Part shown: positions 9,502 through 18,654 of the stretch, in pieces | Layout of the letters: each line of letters begins with the position of its first letter | Numbering within the stretch: the stretch's first letter is position 1 | NCBI GenBank assembly: GCA_002840985.1 | Contig: PHDM01000003.1 | Location: 1-62,583 of the forward strand | Source: Bacteroidetes bacterium HGW-Bacteroidetes-17 | Lineage (GTDB): Bacteria > Bacteroidota > Bacteroidia > Bacteroidales > GCA-2711565 | Length of the DNA: 62,583 bases | Reading direction: 5' to 3' | Notes under the pieces: generated by a model | What the model was told of the DNA's origin: nothing | Databases searched by the model: none | Seen by the model: the letters and a program-made list of their open reading frames with translations, nothing else | Program-made: the position numbers and the translations under genes

Positions 9502-12500
9502 ATGAAAGCTTCAGAAGGTAAAAAATCCTGGTTTCGTTCCGAATTATTTTTGGTCGGATTGATTCTTGGTGTGATCATCATTTATTTGTTTGGCCCGTTT
9601 CAAAACAGTGGAATTAGTATCGGTATTTTAGTGACTGAAGAAATGAGTACAGATCCGGAAGTTCAGGCTGCTTTTCAATTTCTTGACAGGGGCGATGTAT
9701 ACGATCCTCAAAAAATATTTCTGAATGAAATTATCAGTGGCAATAAAAAGCTGGAAGATTTTGATATCATTTGGTTTCATTATGCTGATTCCTCAGGCAT
9801 CCCAATGGCCTTTAATTCACCTGAATTAATTGGATTTATTAACGAATATGTGGATGCAGGTGGAAATTTATTACTCACACAGGAAGCTTTCACCTATCTG
9901 CATACGTTGGGACTTGAAACAGCAATGGCGCAACTTGATTATGCAAATGCAGTTGATGATGGTTATGGCCGTAAACTGGGCTATCATGCATATATCGATC
10001 ATCCGTTGTTCAAAAATCTTCATGGAGGAGCCTATGTTTTTAATCCTTTCGTAGATCAGAAAACAAGGGTAAGGGGATATTTTGGGGATGAAAAAATAAA
10101 TGGGAAAGTCATCGGAATCGACTGGTCGTACATTACTTTCAATGAGAAAAAAAAGCTGATCCTGGAATACGAAAAAGGAAAGGGCAAAGTATTGGCGATT
10201 GGAGCCTATGCTTTATTCAATATCCAAAATCATAATTGGGACGAATTCGGTCAACTCATGAACAATACATTTTTTTATCTGAAAGGAACGGAGGTACCTC
10301 AAGAATTTTATTGGACAAAGGACTGCGGTATTGTTGAGTCCTTTGATCCTGAGCAGAAAGCATTTATTTATCCGAAACCAAACAAATTAGAGGTAAAATC
10401 ATCCGACCTACAATTTAGTTTTGAAAACAAAACCGCTGAATTCTGGGATTTGACGGGTGAGCGAATGATGGTGATGGGACATGAAAAAAGCGGGATTGAC
10501 GAAATTTGGGCTCATCCGTTCATGGCTATAAAAGAGTATCGGGTCGGCATAAAATTTCCGGATAAAAATATAATTTGGTTATCCGATGTCAATCCAGAAA
10601 TAACCATTACTCCTGCATCTTTAGTCAGAAAATACAATTTGGGGGAATTTCAGCTAACCGAACTTATTTCAGTACATCATGAAAAGCCACAAACCCTTAT
10701 TCATTATGAATTTGAAGGAGATGCTAAGGCTGAAATATTTATTGGTTTTAACAGCAATTTAAGATTAATGTGGCCCTATTCTGAAAAGGTGATCGGGGGA
10801 ATTAATTATGCCTGGAACGATTCGGTGAATGCATTCATCATTAGTGATTTAGCAGATAATTTTAATGCATTGGTAGGAATGAACCGAAAGCCGGAAAGGC
10901 AAATGATCGGGAAATATGACAGTGTATTTTATCGAAATGAGGATTTCCAATTCACCGAAACAGAAAAATTGCAATGTGGCGCTCTTGCCGTATTCAAAGC
11001 TGATCAATCATTGGATGTTGTGATTGCCGCTTCTCATTTTGCTGATTCCAACGCTATTGAATATCTCAAAACCGGACTGGAAAGTCCTGCTTCGATTTAT
11101 GAAAATTCCCATAATTATTATGCAGAATTGCTTAACGACAAACTGATGATCACTTCACCCGATACGGATTTGAATATCGGTTACCGTTGGGCCATCATTG
11201 GAACGGACCGGCATTTTACGAATACCCCCGGTATTGGAAAATCGTTGGTGGCCGGAATTGGAAATACGGTCAGAGGTTGGTGGGGTGGTCATGCGGTGAA
11301 TGGCCGTCCGGGTTACGCATGGTATTTTGGCCGCGACAGTGAGTGGAGCTCCTTTGCCATCAACGCTTATGGTGATTATGAAAAAGTAAAGGATGTGTTA
11401 AAAATGCTGATCGGTTATCAGCACATGAATGGTAAAATATTTCATGAGCTCACCACTTCAGGGGCAGTTCATTATGATGCTGCCGATGCAACTCCTTTAT
11501 TTGTAATACTTGCAGGTAAATACATGCGGGCTTCTGGTGACCAGGATTTTATAAAGAAAAATTGGAATGCTATTTTAAAAGCAATCAATTACTGCTATGC
11601 TACCGACCCGGACAAAGATTTACTGATCAATAATACGAATGTTGGACATGGTTGGGTAGAAGGTGGGTTTTTGTTCGGAGGAAAAACAACTTTGTATTTA
11701 GCCAGTTGCTGGGCAGAAGCATTAAGAGAAGCTTCTTATATGACCGGAATCTTGGGTATGAAGGAAGAAAACAAAAAATATACAGATGAAACCTCTAAAG
11801 TAACAGATTTAGTACAGAAACTTTTCTGGAATGAAAAAACCTCATTTTATAATCACAGCCTGAATTCAGATGGCAGTTTTGTTGAGGAAAAAACGGTGAT
11901 GCCGGCCATCCCGATGTATTTCGGGCAATTTGAAAAGAGAAAAACAGAAAATATGTTGAATGAGTTTGCATCAAATAACTTCACCGCGAATTGGGGTAGC
12001 CGAATTGTAGGAGAGGACAGCAAACATTTCAATCCGGGAGGATATCATACCGGAAGTGTGTGGCCCTTATACACGGGTTGGGTGTCTTTAGCAGAGTTTA
12101 AATATGGGAATCATGTGCAGGCATATTCACATTTAATGAATAATATAAATATTTATAAATTCTGGGCAAAGGGTTTTATTGAGGAAGTGTTGCATGGTGC
12201 AGAATACAGGCCCATCGGGGTTTGTGCCCATCAATGCTGGTCGGAAACCATGGCGGTACAACCTTTGATTGAAGGGATGTTGGGATTTGAAGTGGATGCA
12301 AATCTGAATACTTTAAAGTTGGGTCCGTCCGTTCCTGCAAATTGGGATCATTATAAAATTGAAAATATTCATATTGGGAAAAATACCTTGCATTATGAAA
12401 TGCAGCGAAATGAAAATAAAGTCACTTATACTTTCAATTATTCGGGATCGGATGAATTAAAAATTTATTTCTCGCCAAAGTATTTGGATGGAGCCATTAT

Positions 12501-12885
12501 TAAGGAATCTACCTTTAATGATCAACCTTTATCCTGGACAAAGGAGATTGGAATGGTTGAACTTAAATTAAAAAGACCTTCAAAACTGACCATCACTTAT
12601 GATGGCGGTATTTCGGTTTTACCATTAATTCAAAACCCTCAGCCGGGTGATAATGCAGCCGGAACAAGGATTATATCAGCCACCTTAAAAGACAAGGTAT
12701 ATGAAGTCCTGCTCGAAGCTCCGACGAATTCAAAAGCAAATATTCAATTTTACAGTGATTTTAAGGTTACAGGAATTGAAAATGCCTCGATAGTTTCTGA
12801 TTCGGCAAATATTTACAAATTGGAAATTAAAGCATCAGATTCAAGTCAAAAGTATAGCCGTATTAAAGTCAATATTTTATTGTAA
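9502..12885 (+). CDS. Multidomain (alpha/alpha)6-barrel glycoside hydrolase (amylo-alpha-1,6-glucosidase/GDE_C-like), N-terminal membrane anchor
   Basis: WYFGRDSEW, DATPLF, YHTGSVWP, HQCWS motifs typical of six-hairpin glycosidases; N-terminal hydrophobic helix. Confidence 0.7.
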   Translation: MKASEGKKSWFRSELFLVGLILGVIIIYLFGPFQNSGISIGILVTEEMSTDPEVQAAFQFLDRGDVYDPQKIFLNEIISGNKKLEDFDIIWFHYADSSGIPMAFNSPELIGFINEYVDAGGNLLLTQEAFTYLHTLGLETAMAQLDYANAVDDGYGRKLGYHAYIDHPLFKNLHGGAYVFNPFVDQKTRVRGYFGDEKINGKVIGIDWSYITFNEKKKLILEYEKGKGKVLAIGAYALFNIQNHNWDEFGQLMNNTFFYLKGTEVPQEFYWTKDCGIVESFDPEQKAFIYPKPNKLEVKSSDLQFSFENKTAEFWDLTGERMMVMGHEKSGIDEIWAHPFMAIKEYRVGIKFPDKNIIWLSDVNPEITITPASLVRKYNLGEFQLTELISVHHEKPQTLIHYEFEGDAKAEIFIGFNSNLRLMWPYSEKVIGGINYAWNDSVNAFIISDLADNFNALVGMNRKPERQMIGKYDSVFYRNEDFQFTETEKLQCGALAVFKADQSLDVVIAASHFADSNAIEYLKTGLESPASIYENSHNYYAELLNDKLMITSPDTDLNIGYRWAIIGTDRHFTNTPGIGKSLVAGIGNTVRGWWGGHAVNGRPGYAWYFGRDSEWSSFAINAYGDYEKVKDVLKMLIGYQHMNGKIFHELTTSGAVHYDAADATPLFVILAGKYMRASGDQDFIKKNWNAILKAINYCYATDPDKDLLINNTNVGHGWVEGGFLFGGKTTLYLASCWAEALREASYMTGILGMKEENKKYTDETSKVTDLVQKLFWNEKTSFYNHSLNSDGSFVEEKTVMPAIPMYFGQFEKRKTENMLNEFASNNFTANWGSRIVGEDSKHFNPGGYHTGSVWPLYTGWVSLAEFKYGNHVQAYSHLMNNINIYKFWAKGFIEEVLHGAEYRPIGVCAHQCWSETMAVQPLIEGMLGFEVDANLNTLKLGPSVPANWDHYKIENIHIGKNTLHYEMQRNENKVTYTFNYSGSDELKIYFSPKYLDGAIIKESTFNDQPLSWTKEIGMVELKLKRPSKLTITYDGGISVLPLIQNPQPGDNAAGTRIISATLKDKVYEVLLEAPTNSKANIQFYSDFKVTGIENASIVSDSANIYKLEIKASDSSQKYSRIKVNILL

Positions 12886-12994
12886 AGCAATTGAAAAATA
12901 CTTTGATTACTAGGTGTTGAACTTGCATAAGACAGTAATTTGAAAATAGGGTATTTGACTTCCAAATAGTCAATAATGATAAAAGATATAATCT

Positions 12995-14344
12995 ATGAAA
13001 ACAATGCGTTTCATTATCAGATTATTTATCATCCCTTTTTTCATTTTTTTTTATTGTAATCTGATATCCCAGGAAATAAATAAAAATCTTCAAATACTAA
13101 CACCCTTAATCAATAAAAGCTGGGAGGGAAAACTTAAAGCACCGGATGGTTCTGCAGAGTTCAATGTTATTAGGACTTTTGAACTTATGGAAAAAGGGAA
13201 TATTATAAAATGTACAAACACAAACCGCGATTTGGGTGGTTATGGTGAAGGATATTTTTATTGGGACGATCTTGAAAAGAAAATAGCCTATTTTTTTATT
13301 GAAAATGGGGGAGTATTCAGTAAGGCTTTTGTCACTTCCGAAAATAAGACAATCATAATTGAAGGCAAGATGACATGGCCGTCCCAAAGCAATCCTCAGG
13401 TTAAACAATCTTTTGATTTTAAAAACACTTTTGAATTTACAGAAGAAGGAAAATTGATAGATAAGTGGTTCCAAAATGCTTTCGGACCATGGAGGCCGGG
13501 GCATACGATAGAATTTGCAGTTAAAGGTGAAAAGTCAGCATATGGTGTTTTATTCTATTCGGGAAGAAGTGGAAATCAGGATATTTTCATTCAGAATCCA
13601 GAAGCTAAAGAGCCGGTTAATTTAACAAATCATCCGGCCAAGGATAATTGCCCGGCAGCATCACCTGATGGAAAAACGATTATCTTCCTGAGTGACAGAA
13701 CAGTAAAGGAAGAAATTTATAAGCTGAGTATTGAGACCAACGAATTGATTCAACTTACCTTTTCTGACGAAACAATTGAACATCCAGCGTTCAGCCCGGA
13801 TGGGAAGCATATAATTTATATCAAGGATTTTAATGAAAAGACTGAGATTTGGATGATGAATGCCGAGGGCTCTGAGCAGAAACAGTTAACTTCAAATCAG
13901 GCACGTGACGAACGGCCAAATATTTCGCCTGATGGGAAAAAGATTCTGTTCATGTCGAACAGGGATGGTAACTACGAGATTTACGTTATGGACTTGAACG
14001 GTGAAAACCAAACCCGCTTGACCTTTACCCCATACTTTGAGATATTTCCGGTATGGTCGCCCGATGGGACGAAAATTGCCTATTCACAAAAGGTTAGGGA
14101 AAATGGGATGATGCTGGGAGGAATTCGTGTTATGGATGCTGATGGTCGGAATGACACGGAAGTCACTGCCAAGGAAAATCGGGATGAAAACCCAGCCTGG
14201 TCGCCCGATGGACGATTCATTATGTTTCAGAGAGTTACGCAAGGGAATTTCGATATCTATTACATGAATGCTGATGGAACCAACCCTGTAAGAGTAACAA
14301 ATCACCCTGATTGGGATGGATGGGCATCGTTTGTTGTTAAATAG
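12995..14344 (+). CDS. Secreted TolB-like beta-propeller (PD40 repeats) with an extra N-terminal domain
   Basis: Five SPDG repeats (PAASPDGK, PAFSPDGK, PNISPDGK, PVWSPDGT, PAWSPDGR), RDGNYEIY; signal peptide. Confidence 0.85.
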   Translation: MKTMRFIIRLFIIPFFIFFYCNLISQEINKNLQILTPLINKSWEGKLKAPDGSAEFNVIRTFELMEKGNIIKCTNTNRDLGGYGEGYFYWDDLEKKIAYFFIENGGVFSKAFVTSENKTIIIEGKMTWPSQSNPQVKQSFDFKNTFEFTEEGKLIDKWFQNAFGPWRPGHTIEFAVKGEKSAYGVLFYSGRSGNQDIFIQNPEAKEPVNLTNHPAKDNCPAASPDGKTIIFLSDRTVKEEIYKLSIETNELIQLTFSDETIEHPAFSPDGKHIIYIKDFNEKTEIWMMNAEGSEQKQLTSNQARDERPNISPDGKKILFMSNRDGNYEIYVMDLNGENQTRLTFTPYFEIFPVWSPDGTKIAYSQKVRENGMMLGGIRVMDADGRNDTEVTAKENRDENPAWSPDGRFIMFQRVTQGNFDIYYMNADGTNPVRVTNHPDWDGWASFVVK

Positions 14345-14430
14345 TAAAAGAAGCCATTAAAAGTAATTTTTATGACCATGAAACTTATCAAAAGCATCTG
14401 GTACTGCAGTGGGATAAAATAAATGTACTA

Positions 14431-15141
14431 ATGAGGCAATTAGAAATTTTGTTTGTATTCCTTAGCTGCTTTTTATCATTACAGGCACAAGAGCCGGAGA
14501 TAAGATCAGTTATTGATAAAGACGGGAATGTTTACAAAACGGTTATCATAGGTAATTACGAATGGATGGCAGAGAACCTGAAAACCACAACTTACAATAA
14601 CGGAACTAAAATACCCAATATTACTGGAAGCCTTGAGTGGACTAAATTAAACAGCGGAGCCTACTGTTGGTATAATAATGGTGAAGGCAATGCAACCATT
14701 TATGGCGCCCTTTATAACTGGTATGCTGTGAATACAGGAAATCTCTGTCCTGATGGCTGGCGGGTACCCTCAGATGAAGAATGGAAATACCTGGAAGGCT
14801 ATGTCGATAATGAATATGCAATTGGTGATGAAATTTGGAATAAAACAGGGCTGTGTGGATTCGATGTTGCACTTGCTTTAAAAGCTAGTTCGGGATGGGA
14901 CAGGGATGGAAATGGACTGGATCGATTTGGTTTTAAGGCACTTCCGGGCGGGGAACGCCTTAGTGGTGATGGTCGCTTCTTTTTATTGGGACTTAATGGC
15001 TTTTGGTGGACTTGCGATGAAGATAAAACCAATGAAAACAAAGCGTTGTACCGTGGATTGATTTATGCCTACGATCAAATGATGCGCTATACACATGACA
15101 AAACCTTTGGTTTTTCTGTCCGTTGTATCAGGGATAGATAA
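14431..15141 (+). CDS. Fibrobacter succinogenes major paralogous (FISUMP/Fib_succ_major) domain protein
   Basis: DKDGNVYKTV, WMAENL, YGALYNWYAV, LCPDGWRVPS, GFSVRCIRD; signal peptide. Confidence 0.9.
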   Translation: MRQLEILFVFLSCFLSLQAQEPEIRSVIDKDGNVYKTVIIGNYEWMAENLKTTTYNNGTKIPNITGSLEWTKLNSGAYCWYNNGEGNATIYGALYNWYAVNTGNLCPDGWRVPSDEEWKYLEGYVDNEYAIGDEIWNKTGLCGFDVALALKASSGWDRDGNGLDRFGFKALPGGERLSGDGRFFLLGLNGFWWTCDEDKTNENKALYRGLIYAYDQMMRYTHDKTFGFSVRCIRDR

Positions 15142-15215
15142 TTGAAGTTCCTTGTTCAACCTTAAAAATAGCCGAAAGAATGAGACCCAAAGAATAATCA
15201 TAAACAATAAGTATA

Positions 15216-16139
15216 ATGAAAATAAGAAATCTCACTTATAGGTCAATCATTTTAACACTCGTCTCTATTTCCTTATTTTTGGTTTTGTCATTCAGGAATG
15301 GAGATCAGAATTATTCAATGGCTAGCGAAATAGAGGATTTTATCAAAGTTCATAAAATAAGTGAAAATGTTTTGATTATAACAATGGGATACGATGCCAT
15401 AATGGCAATAGCTACTCAAAAAGGAATCATTGTGGTGGATGCCGGAATTTCAAATTCGTTAACAGCAAAGTACTGAAAAATCATCGAAAATGAATTTGGG
15501 AGAAATGATTTTGTCTATTTGATAAACACCCATTCGCATCCCGATCACATCGGTGGCAATCAGGTTTTTTCCGATGCCATAATAGTGGGTCATGAAAACT
15601 GTTTATCGGAAATTTTGAATCAGTGGAAAGATCCTGAGAAAATCAAACCCCGTCTTCTTAAAATCGTTGAAGAATACGATTCTGAACTTAAGAACTGTGA
15701 ACCCGGATCGGATGAATGGAATAGTGTTTTCTGTCAAAAAGTAAGGTATCAAAGTGCTTATAATGATTTATTAGACGGTCAGGTAATCACAAATCCAAAT
15801 GTTACTTTTACTGACAGCCTGAGTATTTTTATGGGTGATGCTACTTTCAATTTAATTTATTTCGGGAAAGCACATTCAAATAGTGACATTTTTATCCACC
15901 TCCCGGAAGCAAAAATACTGATGAGTGGCGATCTTTTTTTCCCGGGAGGAAGGCCATCTCTATATGAAGTAAGCGAAAAAGATGCCCAAAGATGGATTTA
16001 TGTGATGGATTGGATCAAAAATCGAGATGATGAAATTGATATCATTATTGGTGGTCATGGGCAAATCATGGACAAAAAGGATCTGGAAGCATTCAATAAA
16101 TCAATTCTTCTGAAAAAGTTAGAACTCGTAACAAAATGA
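15216..16139 (+). pseudogene. Secreted MBL-fold metallo-hydrolase interrupted by one in-frame TGA (15474-15476)
   Basis: ORFs 15216..15476 and 15519..16139 share a frame; read-through gives ...VVDAG...AKY*KIIENEFGRNDFVYLINTHSHPDHIGGN; HxHxDH, AHS, SGD and GGH metal motifs are intact. Confidence 0.8.
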
Positions 16140-16142
16140 ACC

Positions 16143-16640
16143 ATGAAAACAAGATCAAAATTTTTTTCAGTTTCAATAGTTATTATCATCGTAATTTACA
16201 TCGGGTATAATTTGGAGAGAAATAGAGAAACTACTTTCTCTCCTGAAGATGAGTTCCCTATTGTTGAACAGACAATTAATAACATCCTGGGATGGGCAAT
16301 AGAAAAAGATTTTAAATTGTTTTTTAATACCATTGCAAATGATTCAGCCTTTATAAGTGTTACACCTTACAATCGTGTAAAGTTTGGTTTTGATGCTGTT
16401 AAGGCTGATTCTGCATTTTGGGGCGATACCAGATTTAAGGCCATTGGACACGAACTCAATGATCTTCACTTAAATTTCTCCAAAGATGGAACGGTTGCAT
16501 GGTTTTACTGTAACCTTAATGATTATAACACCTGGGACGGAGAACCGGCTAACTGGTTAAATACACGGTGGACAGGGGTTCTTGAAAAAAGAGAAAATAA
16601 ATGGAGAGTGGTTCAGCAGCATTTTTCATTTCCGAAGTAG
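16143..16640 (+). CDS. SnoaL-like/NTF2-fold protein with N-terminal membrane anchor
   Basis: C-terminal TRWTGVLEKRENKWRVVQQHFS and DGTVAWF, typical of SnoaL_3-type domains. Confidence 0.8.
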   Translation: MKTRSKFFSVSIVIIIVIYIGYNLERNRETTFSPEDEFPIVEQTINNILGWAIEKDFKLFFNTIANDSAFISVTPYNRVKFGFDAVKADSAFWGDTRFKAIGHELNDLHLNFSKDGTVAWFYCNLNDYNTWDGEPANWLNTRWTGVLEKRENKWRVVQQHFSFPK

Positions 16641-16677
16641 AATACTAAAGCATTAAGAGATTAGTTCTATCAGCAAA

Positions 16678-17832
16678 TTAGTATCCCTCAAAATATTCCT
16701 TCATTCGAATAAAAAAACTTTTGTCCTTACTGCTAGGTTTAGGGATAAAGTTTTCTGAATTTGATAAAGATTCAAGGATTCTCTTTTCTTCTTTGCTCAA
16801 ATCTTTGGGTGTCCATACACTGATGTTGATCAGCATGTCGCCCTTTCCGTATGAATTTACATTTGGAAGGCCTTTTCCTTTTAATCGGAGTATGCTTCCC
16901 GATTGGGTACCCGGTGCAATTTTTATTCTGGCTTTACCGCTAATCGTTGGGATTTCAACACTTGTACCCAGAGCTGCCTCAGAAATACTGATGTATTTAT
17001 CGTAAATGATATTGGATCCATCCCTGATTAATTCAGGATGGACGATTTCCTCAATTAAAATAATCATGTCGCCGGGAACCCCATTTCTGGCACCGGCATT
17101 TCCTTTGCCACTGACCGACAGTTGCATGCCTTCGGTAACGCCTGCAGGAATGTTAATTTTGATTACATCATCGCCTTTTACAATGCCATTTCCGGCGCAG
17201 GTATGACAAATGTTTTTTATAACCTGACCTTCACCTCCGCAATGAGGACATGTTGATGAAGTTTGCATTTGTCCCAGAAAAGTATTGGTTACCCGGGTTA
17301 CCTGACCACTGCCTCCACAAGTTGAACAGGTAGAATGTGATGCACCACCTTCTGCTCCTGAACCTGAGCAAGTAGTACATTTAACATATTTGTTAACCTT
17401 GATGGTTTTTTCGATGCCATTGGCAATTTCTTCAAGAGTAAGTTTTACTTTTACGCGAAGATTCGATCCTTTATTTACCCTTCTTCTTCGGGTGTTGCCG
17501 CCAAATCCACCAAATCCACCACCAAAAGCACTTCCGAAGATATCCCCGAAATTGCTAAAGATATCATCCATGCTCATTCCGCCACCGTAACCATTACTGG
17601 CTGCGCCTCCTACTCCGGCATGACCGTATCGGTCGTATCTACTTTTTTTATCAGGATTACTTAATACTTCGTAAGCTTCTGCTGCTTCTTTGAATTTATC
17701 TTCAGCCGTTGGATCATCCTGATTTTTATCAGGATGGTACTTAATAGCCTGCTGACGGTAAGCCTTTTTGATTTCAGCTTCCGTAGCATCTTTTGAAACT
17801 TCTAATATTTCGTAATAATCTCGTTTCGACAT
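16678..17832 (-). CDS. dnaJ: Molecular chaperone DnaJ
   Basis: J-domain HPD, G/F-rich region, four CxxCxGxG motifs. Confidence 0.98.
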   Translation of the reverse strand: MSKRDYYEILEVSKDATEAEIKKAYRQQAIKYHPDKNQDDPTAEDKFKEAAEAYEVLSNPDKKSRYDRYGHAGVGGAASNGYGGGMSMDDIFSNFGDIFGSAFGGGFGGFGGNTRRRRVNKGSNLRVKVKLTLEEIANGIEKTIKVNKYVKCTTCSGSGAEGGASHSTCSTCGGSGQVTRVTNTFLGQMQTSSTCPHCGGEGQVIKNICHTCAGNGIVKGDDVIKINIPAGVTEGMQLSVSGKGNAGARNGVPGDMIILIEEIVHPELIRDGSNIIYDKYISISEAALGTSVEIPTISGKARIKIAPGTQSGSILRLKGKGLPNVNSYGKGDMLINISVWTPKDLSKEEKRILESLSNSENFIPKPSSKDKSFFIRMKEYFEGY

Positions 17833-17870
17833 CCAAATTTAAATTACAAACGGTGTAAAAATAGTTTTAA

Positions 17871-18512
17871 TTAGCTACCCACTACTACTTTAGCGTATCT
17901 GATTACTTTGTCGCCGAGCATATAGCCTTTCTCCACTTCATCGATAATTTTGCCCTTCATGCTTTTGTCAGGAGCTGGTATTTCTGTAATTGCTTCATGG
18001 AAATCAGTGTCAAAAGTTTCACCTATCGATTTCATTACCTGTAAGCCTTTTGCTGTTAATGCAGATTTAAATTTATTGTGAATCAAGGTTATCCCTTCTT
18101 TAAAATTGTCCTTGTTATCAGTATCCTCAAGGGCCTTAAAGGCACGATCAAAATCATCCATAACGGGTAACAATGCCATGATAATCTCTGTAGAAGCAGT
18201 TTTTGTCAACTCAATTCTTTCCCTAAGCGTTCGTTTACGGAAATTGTCAAACTCAGAAAACAAGCGTAAAAACTTATCGTTCAACTCAGCGTTTTTTATT
18301 TTCAATTCATCGAGTTCTTCCGACTCTTTTCTTTCTTTGCGGGATTTTTTCTTCTTGTGTTTTTCTGTTGAATCTTCAATTTCAATTTCATCGTCAGCAT
18401 CATGCAACCTGCCTTCTTCCTGAGTTTCTTCAGTTTTTGATTTTGGCTCAGTACCCTCAGCTTTCGTTTCTTTATTAATATCTTCCTGATTCTTATTTGC
18501 TTCTGTTACCAT
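17871..18512 (-). CDS. grpE: Nucleotide exchange factor GrpE
   Basis: SEFDNFRKR, FDTDFHEAI, KGYMLGDKVIRYAKVVVG. Confidence 0.97.
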   Translation of the reverse strand: MVTEANKNQEDINKETKAEGTEPKSKTEETQEEGRLHDADDEIEIEDSTEKHKKKKSRKERKESEELDELKIKNAELNDKFLRLFSEFDNFRKRTLRERIELTKTASTEIIMALLPVMDDFDRAFKALEDTDNKDNFKEGITLIHNKFKSALTAKGLQVMKSIGETFDTDFHEAITEIPAPDKSMKGKIIDEVEKGYMLGDKVIRYAKVVVGS

Positions 18513-18559
18513 TACTAAGTATAATTGAATATTGAATGAATAGTTTAGGGTTTTAGCAT

Positions 18560-18576
18560 AGCAAATTATTTGCCAA
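18560..18576 (-). promoter_or_regulatory. sigma54-type -24/-12 promoter for grpE-dnaJ
   Basis: Minus strand TTGGCAAATAATTTGCT = GG-N10-GC in TGGCA/TTGC context, about 47 nt upstream of the grpE ATG. Confidence 0.65.
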
Positions 18577-18587
18577 GCCTGTTATTA

Positions 18588-18640
18588 GGACAAATTGTCA
18601 TAAATTTTGAATCGATAAAATAGAATATGAAATTGTGGCA
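18588..18640. promoter_or_regulatory. Two near-palindromic TG(A/C)CA-N3-TGTCA-like boxes upstream of the sigma54-type element
   Basis: GGACAAATTGTCA at 18588-18600 and TGAAATTGTGGCA at 18628-18640, starts 40 bp apart. Confidence 0.5.
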
Positions 18641-18654
18641 AAAACTGCATGGGA

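Noticed and set aside
14372-14422. 16-codon ORF MTMKLIKSIWYCSGIK between the TolB-like and FISUMP genes
   Set aside because: Too short to support; could be a remnant of a deleted gene start or chance.
15474-15476. Genome-wide TGA reassignment
   Set aside because: TGA ends other genes at sensible positions (16137-16139, 23681-23683) and no other gene in the window is split by TGA.
16678-18512. grpE-dnaJ without dnaK or hrcA
   Set aside because: This arrangement is normal in Bacteroidota.
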